DNA of 40,149 nucleotides from Flavobacteriales bacterium (GTDB taxonomy: Bacteria > Bacteroidota > Bacteroidia > Flavobacteriales_F > PHOS-HE28), in contig JBEICT010000003.1 of NCBI GenBank assembly GCA_040383865.1, positions 1 to 40,149 on the forward strand, read 5' to 3'. Position 1 is the first letter of the stretch; each line of letters starts with the position of its first letter. Shown one piece after another: positions 9,030 through 16,628 of the stretch. A program made the position numbers and the translations under genes. Under the pieces are notes generated by a model. The model was not told the origin of the DNA. It searched no databases and was given only the letters and a program-made list of their open reading frames with translations.

Positions 9030-9620
9030 ATGGTGCTGCCCAAGGTGCCCCTGATCGCTTGGCTGGGCCTGGCCACAATGGTTCTATTCGGTGGTGGGGG
9101 CATCGCGCTCATCACCCTGGTGCAGCACCGCACACTAGCCGATGTGCTGCTGAAGGGTTCCGGACCGCTGGAACAGCTTTGGTACGGTCTGATCGTCGGT
9201 GTGGCCATCGGCCGGTTGGCCTGGGCCATCATCGGTGGAACGGGTTACGCACCCCTGCGGGAGCGTTATGCGCTGCTCATCGGTCCGCATGTGCAGCAGC
9301 GTTCCATGCGGATCGCAGTGTCGATCTGCGCCGGAGTCGGGGAGGAGCTGTTCTTCCGCGGTGCGCTGCAACCGTGGCTCGGCATTCCGCTCACGGCCGT
9401 GGTGTTCGTGGCCATCCATGGTTATCTGGACCCACGGGACAAACACCTCTTCGTGTATGGCACGGTGTTGACCCTGTGCATGATGCTCCTAGGCTGGATG
9501 GCCGATGTGCAGGGCCTCATCGGACCCATGCTGGCCCATGCCATCATTGATATCATCCTGCTGGAGCGGCTGCACACCACCTATTGCAAGCTCACCGTGG
9601 CGGATCATTTGCCCGCGTAG
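9030..9620 (+). CDS. CPBP (Abi/CAAX) family intramembrane glutamic endopeptidase
   Basis: GEELFFRG, FVAIH and LAHAIID motifs in a multi-TM protein. Confidence 0.85.
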   Translation: MVLPKVPLIAWLGLATMVLFGGGGIALITLVQHRTLADVLLKGSGPLEQLWYGLIVGVAIGRLAWAIIGGTGYAPLRERYALLIGPHVQQRSMRIAVSICAGVGEELFFRGALQPWLGIPLTAVVFVAIHGYLDPRDKHLFVYGTVLTLCMMLLGWMADVQGLIGPMLAHAIIDIILLERLHTTYCKLTVADHLPA

Positions 9621-10018
9621 CGGTGATAGTCGCTATTGTCCTCGTCGATCTGCCGTTTCACCTGATGCATCTTGTTCCCGATGATGGCCAGTTCCTTGTG
9701 CCCGTGCTCCATCAGCCATTGGAAGGCTTCCTCATCGCCATCACCCGTGAGCGCCACCTGTTTCAGCACATGCATGCCGTTGCGGTCAAGCCATTCCAGC
9801 GCCCGCTTGTCGCCCTCGATCCCGGTGATCACGGCCATCAGGTGCGGGTGACCGTGTTCCATCAGCCACTTGCGGGCCTCCTCCCGGTTGCGGAGGGCAT
9901 AGGTGAAAATGCCCAGTTCCGGGTAGCCGTTGGTGGTCAGCCAGTCGCGCAGTCCTGTGTGACCAGCGATCGCCTCGCCCCAGGCGAGCAGGACCTTGGC
10001 CGGGTATTCGGTGCGCAT
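9605..10018 (-). CDS. hypothetical helical-repeat protein (4 x 25-aa repeats)
   Basis: repeats W-L-x-x-[NH]-G-x-x-x-L at exact 25-aa period; -7-like box TAACTTCG upstream (10043-10050). Confidence 0.75.
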   Translation of the reverse strand: MRTEYPAKVLLAWGEAIAGHTGLRDWLTTNGYPELGIFTYALRNREEARKWLMEHGHPHLMAVITGIEGDKRALEWLDRNGMHVLKQVALTGDGDEEAFQWLMEHGHKELAIIGNKMHQVKRQIDEDNSDYHRYAGK

Positions 10019-10191
10019 GCAGGATGGATAACGATAACGCGGCGAAGTTATTCCGCAAGGCCGCAGCGAGCGGCAGGAGGGGAGTGGTGTGGTCGGTCCG
10101 AGGTCCTCATCGCTCATAGCGTTCGAAGATGAGGGCGGACCACATGTGGTTGCTTGATACGCTTATCTTGGGGGCACAGAACCTTACCATC

Positions 10192-10647
10192 ATGAACATG
10201 AAATGCATCCTGCTTGCTGCAGGCATGGCCATCGCCTCTTTTTCGGGCATGGCCCAGGAGGTGAAGCAACCCACGCCCGAACAGCTTGCCCGAACGCGCG
10301 CCGAGTGTTATGCCAAGGCCCTTGGCCTGAGCGCGGAGCAGACCGAGGTCATCTTCAAGCAATTGCTGATGGGCGAGGAGTCCGTGGCCGATATGCGCCT
10401 TCAGTTGGCTGAACTGAACGCCCAGATCGAAGCTGCCATGGCCGAGTATGACGCCACGGCCGAGGCCACCCTGAACAAGGCCGTTCTGGCCAAGCTGGAG
10501 ACCAAGCGCAAGGAGGGATGGAAGCCCTGCTCAGAGGAATGCACACCTTCGGGTGACAAGCCCGGGGCCTGCTGCGCCGGTGGTGCAAAGCCGGCCACTG
10601 GCAAGGCCGCCGCGCCCGCGCCGAAGCCGAATGCCACCATGAAGTAG
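10192..10647 (+). CDS. secreted helical protein with LTxxQ-like motif and Cys-rich tail
   Basis: signal peptide ..GMA-Q; LGLSAEQ then coiled coil; tail PCSEEC...ACCAGG plus Ala/Pro/Lys-rich end. Confidence 0.65.
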   Translation: MNMKCILLAAGMAIASFSGMAQEVKQPTPEQLARTRAECYAKALGLSAEQTEVIFKQLLMGEESVADMRLQLAELNAQIEAAMAEYDATAEATLNKAVLAKLETKRKEGWKPCSEECTPSGDKPGACCAGGAKPATGKAAAPAPKPNATMK

Positions 10648-10655
10648 TCGGTCCC

Positions 10656-10701
10656 CCGCAAAGGAAAAGGCCACCTGTGCGGGTGGCCTTTTCCTTTGCG
10701 G
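10656..10701. terminator. long perfect hairpin, probable bidirectional terminator
   Basis: 20-bp perfect stem CCGCAAAGGAAAAGGCCACC-tgtgcg-GGTGGCCTTTTCCTTTGCGG between convergent genes. Confidence 0.85.
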
Positions 10702-10711
10702 ATGATCATGT

Positions 10712-11551
10712 TCATTCCACCACCACCACCAGGTATTTGGAAATGCTCCAGAACTTGTTCGCGTCCGTGATCACCAGCTTGCCATCGGTCAGGTCCAATT
10801 TGTAGCTGCCCTCGGGGTGGGTGGTCACCAATTTGGCCTTCTTGGCGGCCAGTCCGATCTCCTGGGTGCGCATGATGTCGATCTGCGTGAAGTAGTCCTT
10901 CTTCAGGTCGGCCGTGTTCAGCTTGTTCACGCCGCCCAGACCGACCACGCCGCCCTCTTTCGTAAGCACGCCGTTCTCGCGCAGTTCCTTACTGGTGCCC
11001 ACGGCGTAGAACGCGGTGTTCAGTTCGTTGCGCTGCATGTCTGAGAGCTGGGACTTGTCACGGTACATCTCGATCAGTGTGGCCAATGAACTGTTGGTGC
11101 TGGATAATTGCTCCTTCAGCGTCGCTATCTCCGCATCCTTTTCCTTCAGGCCCTGTTCCAGGTCGGCCACGGTGCGCTCCAGTTCGGCAATGGCGTTGGT
11201 GTTGGAGCGGGCCTGCTTGCGCAGTTTGTCGATGAGCGACCTGTTGGCCGTGAGCAGCGAGTCAATGCTGGCAATGTCGCCCATGATCCGGTCCTCGGGC
11301 GATACGCCGTTCTCGATGCCCGTTTCCGGGCTCACCAACTGGCCCTGTTTGCTGCGGATGGTGCGCAGGTTCTCACTGATCTGGTTCAGCGTGCCGAACA
11401 GGTCGTTGATGGTGCTGTCCTGCGAGGATACCTTGGCGTTGAGGCGCTGGCCGTCCTCCTCCAGCTGCGTTACGCGCGGATCGGTGGTGGGCTCGGAGGT
11501 GCAGGCGGCCAGTGCGGTGGCCAGCAACAGGGTGATGATGGAGGTTTTCAT
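10712..11551 (-). CDS. coiled-coil lipoprotein, Cbp1-like adhesin family
   Basis: lipobox LAAC; long heptad region; C-terminal domain AFYAVGTSKEL...FTQIDI...LVTTHPEGSY...FWSISKYLVVVV. Confidence 0.75.
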   Translation of the reverse strand: MKTSIITLLLATALAACTSEPTTDPRVTQLEEDGQRLNAKVSSQDSTINDLFGTLNQISENLRTIRSKQGQLVSPETGIENGVSPEDRIMGDIASIDSLLTANRSLIDKLRKQARSNTNAIAELERTVADLEQGLKEKDAEIATLKEQLSSTNSSLATLIEMYRDKSQLSDMQRNELNTAFYAVGTSKELRENGVLTKEGGVVGLGGVNKLNTADLKKDYFTQIDIMRTQEIGLAAKKAKLVTTHPEGSYKLDLTDGKLVITDANKFWSISKYLVVVVE

Positions 11552-11744
11552 GGAGGTGTTCGGTTCATTCAACGCTCGCGTTCCCAGGCCTCGTATGCTC
11601 AGGAGCTGGTCGCTGAAGGACACAAAGTAAAGCGGTCGGAACGCATGGTTCCCTGACCGATGTACAACCTTGGGTGCTTCCTTTGCGTAGGAACGCGCCC
11701 GCACCGCCCATTTTCCGGTGCGGAACACCATTCCCGCCAACGCC

Positions 11745-12497
11745 ATGCGCATCCTCTTCCGCTGCTTCCTGTTGGGTGCCCTGTTGCTGGGTGCTGCAGA
11801 TTGCGGTGCACAGGAGGATACCCCCCTTACCAAGGAGTTCGCGGGCATGAGCGCAAAGGAGCGGACCCGGTTGGCCAAACAGGAAACAGAGGATGCGGCA
11901 CGCGACCCGGCGTTCCAAGCATTGATGCAGGAGGCCGAGGCCCTGTTCTCCGCCCAGCGGTACGATGAGGCCCTGGCCCGTTTCCAAGAGGCGCGGCGTA
12001 TGCGTCCGTTGAACGTGTATCCCAAGGTGAAGATCAAGGACCTCGACGCGCTCATTGCCAAACGCGACGCCGAACGCACCGTTTCACCCCCGGTGGAGCA
12101 GCCTGTTGCGGTTCCACCACCGGTATTGGTCACCGCTCCACCCGCTCCGGAGCCGACCACGATCGATGCGGCAAAGAAGGAAGCGCCGCCAAGGTCGCCG
12201 CCGCTGATGGCACCTGTTCCCATGCCAGAGGTCCGCACTGCACCGGTCGAGCGCAGCGTTCCAATGGTGACCACCACACCTGCAGTGAAGGATAGTGCAA
12301 AGGCCCCCCTCTCCGAAGGTTCTCATGAACGCATCTACAAGGAGGGCCGTGCGGTCGTGCAGGAAAGGCGTGTTGTGGTCGCCGGACAAGAGACCGTCTA
12401 CCGCAAAGTGACGCATCCTTGGGGTGACGTCGTGTATTTCCAGGACGGACTGGCCGTGCCGGCACGGGTCTGGGCCGAGGTGTTCGGCGCTCCGTAA
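11745..12497 (+). CDS. secreted hypothetical protein (TPR-like helix pair, Pro-rich linker, small C-terminal beta domain)
   Basis: signal peptide ..CGA-Q; EAEALFSAQRYDEALARFQEA; PPVEQPVAVPPP linker; YRKVTHPWGDVVYFQDG. Confidence 0.7.
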   Translation: MRILFRCFLLGALLLGAADCGAQEDTPLTKEFAGMSAKERTRLAKQETEDAARDPAFQALMQEAEALFSAQRYDEALARFQEARRMRPLNVYPKVKIKDLDALIAKRDAERTVSPPVEQPVAVPPPVLVTAPPAPEPTTIDAAKKEAPPRSPPLMAPVPMPEVRTAPVERSVPMVTTTPAVKDSAKAPLSEGSHERIYKEGRAVVQERRVVVAGQETVYRKVTHPWGDVVYFQDGLAVPARVWAEVFGAP

Positions 12498-12501
12498 GGG
12501 G

Positions 12502-12891
12502 TCAGTCCCGCTTGTTCGCCAACCTCACCGGGAATCGCAACAGTGAGCGATAGTCCTCTCCGGCCTCCTTCATGTCCAGGTCATCGGCCGCATGGTACCA
12601 TGTCAGTTCCACTTGCGTGGTGCCATTGGCGTGGGCATCCTCCAAGCGCTTGAACACATCCAGCAGGTATTTCGATGTGCTGGAGTTGAAATAGGTGAGG
12701 TCCACCTGCACGTTCGTACGTTCGACGGGATCCTCCGCGTAGCGGTCCACCGCATCATAGATCGGTCCGAAGAAGCGGTCGGCATTCTCGGGAATGGAGC
12801 AGCCGGCGATCCGCATCGAACCGGTCACGGGGTCGAGCAGCACCGAAGGGGTCTTGTCCGTGGCGGCCAGTTCCAAGCGTTGGTCGTTCAT
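12502..12891 (-). CDS. SiaC family (DUF1987) regulatory phosphoprotein
   Basis: TDKTP, GCSIPENA..FF.P, YFNSSTSKYL, WYHAADDLDMKEAGEDY; start trimmed to ATG 12891. Confidence 0.85.
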   Translation of the reverse strand: MNDQRLELAATDKTPSVLLDPVTGSMRIAGCSIPENADRFFGPIYDAVDRYAEDPVERTNVQVDLTYFNSSTSKYLLDVFKRLEDAHANGTTQVELTWYHAADDLDMKEAGEDYRSLLRFPVRLANKRD

Positions 12892-12995
12892 GCCGAGGGC
12901 GAATGTAGCCACCAGCGGAATGGCGTTCGTCATTTGGGCATCGGCGGGTGGCTGCTTACTTTCAGCCGGTCCATACGCTAACGGACCCCTGTGCC

Positions 12996-13796
12996 ATGAG
13001 CATCCAGACGATCGTTGTACCCTATGATTTTTCGGAATGTGCCGCTGATGCCCTGCGTGTGGCGGCCAAGATCGCACGATTGACAGGTGCCGTTATCGAT
13101 GTGGTGCACCTCTACGAGCAAATGACCGATTTTCACACCGAGAACCAGCGCTTGCGGGAGGAGATCGAGGCCAAGTTGGATGAAGTGCCCACGCTGCCTT
13201 TCGTGGAGGGTATTGAACTGCGCAGGTTCATGCTGCGTCAGATGTCGCTGCCGGAGATGTTCAAGAACGAGCGCATTGCTGCGGCCGACCTTATCGTCAT
13301 GGGTTCGCACGGGGCCACGGGCATGAAGGGCTTTGTGGGGAGCAACACGCAGCGCATTGTGCGATTGGCTCCCATGCCGGTGCTGGTCATCAAGCATCGG
13401 ATCGAGGATTTCCAGGTGAATGATGTCGTTTTCGCATCCAACTTCTCCAACGAGGACATCGGCAAGTTCGATGCGTTCCGTCCGCTCATCGAGATCTTCG
13501 ATCCCAAGGTGCATCTGCTGAAGGTGAACACCCCCAAGACCTTCGAGCGCAGTGCTGACAGCAGTGCTGCCATCGATCGTTTCCTGCAACGGCACGAACT
13601 GCGTCGCTATACGGCCACCATTTACAACGACCTGAGCATCGAGGAGGGCATCCTCAACTTCGCCCGCGAGATCGACGCGGACCTGATCGCCATGGCCACC
13701 CACGGCCGCACCGGCTTCTTCCACGTGGTGAACGGCAGCCTCACGGAGGACATCGTGAACCATACCACCTTCCCGGTGCTCAGCGTGAAACTGTGA
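12996..13796 (+). CDS. universal stress protein (tandem USP domains)
   Basis: IVVPYDFS, DLIVMGSHG...VGSNTQRIVR..PMPVLVIK, DLIAMATHGRTG. Confidence 0.92.
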   Translation: MSIQTIVVPYDFSECAADALRVAAKIARLTGAVIDVVHLYEQMTDFHTENQRLREEIEAKLDEVPTLPFVEGIELRRFMLRQMSLPEMFKNERIAAADLIVMGSHGATGMKGFVGSNTQRIVRLAPMPVLVIKHRIEDFQVNDVVFASNFSNEDIGKFDAFRPLIEIFDPKVHLLKVNTPKTFERSADSSAAIDRFLQRHELRRYTATIYNDLSIEEGILNFAREIDADLIAMATHGRTGFFHVVNGSLTEDIVNHTTFPVLSVKL

Positions 13797-13846
13797 ACCT
13801 TGCACGCTCCGGCATCCTATCTTCGCACAAACCAGCAACGTTCACC

Positions 13847-14242
13847 ATGAAGTTCCTGCATCAGTCGATCGAGGCCAAGAAGAAAGAGATCCTGGAAGTG
13901 GAGATCGATACCGCTACCAAGGTGAAGTTCATGACCGGGCGCGAGCTGAAGGCCTACAAGGGCGGCAAGACCTACTCGTTCTACGGCGGTCTGTTCGAGG
14001 AATCGCCCGTGCGTTTCGTGGTGCCCTATGATGCCGTTTGGACGGTGGTCGTGGAGAAGGGCACCATGCAGAACCCCATTGAAGTGAATGCTTCAGTGCG
14101 CCGCCTGTCACCGAACAATTCGGTTCGTAGCACCATCGCTTCGGATGCACCACCCCATGTGCGCGCCGCTGAAGGTCTGCTCGAAGCCGAGACCGCCCGC
14201 ATCGCCGCCGAAATGAGCCTCGCAGGAAAAAGCGAGGGCTGA
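13847..14242 (+). CDS. DUF1883-like domain protein
   Basis: MKFLH...VKFM...YSFYGG...SPVRFVVP...WTVVV pattern; -7-like box TATCTTCG at 13818-13825. Confidence 0.65.
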   Translation: MKFLHQSIEAKKKEILEVEIDTATKVKFMTGRELKAYKGGKTYSFYGGLFEESPVRFVVPYDAVWTVVVEKGTMQNPIEVNASVRRLSPNNSVRSTIASDAPPHVRAAEGLLEAETARIAAEMSLAGKSEG

Positions 14243-14276
14243 CGAACCGATCCACGTGATCCAGCGTTCCTGAAGC

Positions 14277-14990
14277 ATGGATACATCGACCGAACGCGAC
14301 CGGCTGGAGCGTTTGCTCCGCGGTCAACAGGAACTGGTGGACCAGGTGCACCAGTGGTTGCAGGAGGAACAGAAGCAGGATGATATCCTGCGAGCGGTCA
14401 TTCTCAGTTCCCGACGAGAGGCCCCGGCACGTATTCGAGGCCTCGATCCGGAACGCGTCTATTCCCTTGCCACCATCCGGGGGCTGTGCATCAAGTACCG
14501 TTTGCGCTTCCTGGACGGCGGGCTATTCAAGGGCCCTTTGCCCCCACAAGCGGTTAATGCGGTGAAACAGTTGGAGCGGAACGCATCCGCACCGTTGTCG
14601 AGCTTCAAGATCATGGCGCCTGCCGAGCGGTTCCGCCTTTGCGATAGCGAGGCCGATCCGCTGTTGTTCGTGCCGATCGGCGATGACCGGTATTACTTGG
14701 TCCACAAGTGGGGTCGCGACCTGAGCGTCCTGCGCTCAGTGGTGTACTGGTCCTTCCGCACCCCGATGAATCTGGTGGCCACGGTGCTGGTCCTCGCCTT
14801 CATGGTGGCGCTCGCCGTGCCCAGCGCCTGGCTTTCACCCGGCGTGGATGCAGCGTTCTGGAACGGCAAGCGTGTTCTGTTCATGGGCTGGAGCACCATC
14901 GTACTTTCCGCCTTCACGGCGTTCGGCTGGCTGGCGTTCTTCGGCCAGTTCAGCGACAGGGCCTGGAACAGTCGCTATTTCAACGCGTGA
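14277..14990 (+). CDS. conserved hypothetical protein with two C-terminal TM helices
   Basis: CIKYRLRFLD, FKIMAP, ADPLLFVPIG..YYLVHKWG motifs, then 2 TM segments and FSDRAWNSRYFN. Confidence 0.75.
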   Translation: MDTSTERDRLERLLRGQQELVDQVHQWLQEEQKQDDILRAVILSSRREAPARIRGLDPERVYSLATIRGLCIKYRLRFLDGGLFKGPLPPQAVNAVKQLERNASAPLSSFKIMAPAERFRLCDSEADPLLFVPIGDDRYYLVHKWGRDLSVLRSVVYWSFRTPMNLVATVLVLAFMVALAVPSAWLSPGVDAAFWNGKRVLFMGWSTIVLSAFTAFGWLAFFGQFSDRAWNSRYFNA

Positions 14991-15208
14991 GCGCGCACCG
15001 GTGCGGGACGTAGGTCGCGCACCTCGTTATCTGCTTGGTGCTGCACTTTACACACGCAACTGCTGCGGAACCACGCTTTCAACTGATCACGCTCCGTGGG
15101 CATCAGGCGTTTGAAGGCCTTGCGTAATTCCTTGCGGAACACACGACGGTCGGCCATGCTGATGGTGGCCAGTACTTGCTGATAATAGGCGAGCATGTCG
15201 GTCTTCAT
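14975..15208 (-). CDS. small conserved Bacteroidota hypothetical protein
   Basis: MLAYYQQVLATISMADRRVFRKELRKAFKRLMPTERDQLKAWF resembles a small helical Bacteroidota family; start uncertain (15217/15208/15196). Confidence 0.6.
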   Translation of the reverse strand: MKTDMLAYYQQVLATISMADRRVFRKELRKAFKRLMPTERDQLKAWFRSSCVCKVQHQADNEVRDLRPAPVRAHALK

Positions 15209-15293
15209 GGCGTTCACGGAATGGTGGTGGCGTGCGGTGGATACGCGGGTGGGTCCGTTCAGGTTCCACGAGGTCCCTGCCCGTTAACGAAGA

Positions 15294-15318
15294 AAGGGGG
15301 CACCAGTGGCGCCCCCTT
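15294..15318 (-). terminator. intrinsic terminator of hsp20
   Basis: minus strand AAGGGGGCGCC-act-GGTGCCCCCTT followed by TCTTC, ~22 nt after stop. Confidence 0.7.
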
Positions 15319-15340
15319 CCTCTTTCGCGGTCCGTTCGGA

Positions 15341-15784
15341 TCAGCCGATGGTGATCTCGCGCTGCTTGGGTTTCACGGCCTCGGCCTTGGGGATGTGCAC
15401 AGTGAGCACGCCGTTCAGGTACTCGGCGCGGATGCCCTCGGCGTTCACCGTTTCGGGCAGGCGGAAGCTGCGGCTGAAGGCGCTGTGCGTGAACTCGCGG
15501 CGGGTGTAGCGCTCGTTCTCCTTCAGTTCCTCGGTCTTCTTGTCGGCACTGATGGTGAGCACTTCGTTCTCCATGCTCAGCTTCAGGTCCTCCTTGGCGA
15601 AACCGGGGGCCAGCAGGCGCAGCTCGAAGGCCTTATCGTTCTCCACGATGTTCACTCCGGGGTTGCTGCGGCGTAGGTCGTCGCTACCGAAGAATTGGCC
15701 GATGTCGCGGCCCAGGAACTCATTCACGAGCTCGTTGAAGGGGGCTGCGAACGTGGCTTGGGGACGGTACTTCGCGATGGTCAT
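15341..15784 (-). CDS. Hsp20/alpha-crystallin small heat-shock protein
   Basis: PGVNIVE, APGFAKED, RREFTHSAFSRSFRLP, AEYLNGVLTVHIPK, C-terminal ITI. Confidence 0.95.
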   Translation of the reverse strand: MTIAKYRPQATFAAPFNELVNEFLGRDIGQFFGSDDLRRSNPGVNIVENDKAFELRLLAPGFAKEDLKLSMENEVLTISADKKTEELKENERYTRREFTHSAFSRSFRLPETVNAEGIRAEYLNGVLTVHIPKAEAVKPKQREITIG

Positions 15785-15824
15785 GGCGTTGTTGATTTGA
15801 TCAGGTTGTGTTGCCAAGACCCTT

Positions 15825-15895
15825 TCAATCCGAATGCCGACCCGGAAATACGGTCAATATGACCGCTAATGAGCAGATTGAGCGGCCAAAATGGC
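15825..15895 (-). promoter_or_regulatory. putative sigma54-like -24/-12 promoter with two upstream palindromic sites
   Basis: minus strand CGGCATtcggaTTGA (15825-15839); CGGTCA-ata-TGACCG (15851-15865); GCCA-aaa-TGGC (15885-15895). Confidence 0.5.
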
Positions 15896-15896
15896 G

Positions 15897-16628
15897 CTAT
15901 TGAGGTAGGAATAGGAAGAAGACCGTGCCCTTTTGTGGGTCGGGGCCACTGCCTGTGATATTGAACCGGGCGCGTTGTGAACTTCGCAAGGCATGTTCGA
16001 TCATGCATTCGTCGGCACCGGCACTACGGGAAGGGTCGAGCTCCGCCTTGGTCACCCGTCCACTGCGGTCCACGCTGACGCGCACGGCCACGCGGCCTTG
16101 GGTGCGGCAGAGGTAGCCCGGCACGTCATTCTCGCGCACCCGGCCCTGTAGATCGTGCCATACGGTGGTGGCTCCTTCCACCTTGACGGGTTCGGCGGCC
16201 TTGTCCATGTACAATTCCTTGTTCCACTTGCTGGGGTCCAGCTGGGGCATCTCGATTTCCTCGCCCCTGTCGCGACGTTCCTGTGCCAGCCGGTCGAACT
16301 CCTGTTGCTCGAAGTTGCGCAGGTCGTTCTCCACGCGCTCGGCGAGCTTGGCGTGTGAGAAGGTGGGCTTGGCCTCGGCGGTGATGTTGCTCGTGAGATT
16401 GGTGACCTGCTGCGGCATGCCGAGGGCTTCCTGTTGCATTTGTTCTTCCAGGATCTGCGCCTCCTCCTCCGTGATCATCTCAATACGCATGTCGCTGATC
16501 TCGTCCTCGCGCGGGGTGGTGCGGATGTTCCAGAGCGTGAATAGGAAGAGCGCAATGGTGTGCAGGGCAAGCGTGCCGATCACGCCGACCTTGTGCCGTT
16601 CGAACCAATCGAGGAAGCCGCTCACCAT
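15897..16628 (-). CDS. TonB-like energy-transducer protein
   Basis: N-terminal TM with TLALH, acidic linker, C-terminal GRVAVRVSVDRSGRVTKA...ARF...QKGTVFFLF. Confidence 0.7.
   Translation of the reverse strand: MVSGFLDWFERHKVGVIGTLALHTIALFLFTLWNIRTTPREDEISDMRIEMITEEEAQILEEQMQQEALGMPQQVTNLTSNITAEAKPTFSHAKLAERVENDLRNFEQQEFDRLAQERRDRGEEIEMPQLDPSKWNKELYMDKAAEPVKVEGATTVWHDLQGRVRENDVPGYLCRTQGRVAVRVSVDRSGRVTKAELDPSRSAGADECMIEHALRSSQRARFNITGSGPDPQKGTVFFLFLPQ

Noticed and set aside
11633-11723. two intergenic hairpins as an ncRNA or riboswitch
   Set aside because: Short GC stems expected by chance; no recognisable aptamer motif
11552-12277. N-terminal extension of the 521-aa minus ORF
   Set aside because: Mostly antisense to the 11745-12497 gene; lipoprotein signal starts at 11551
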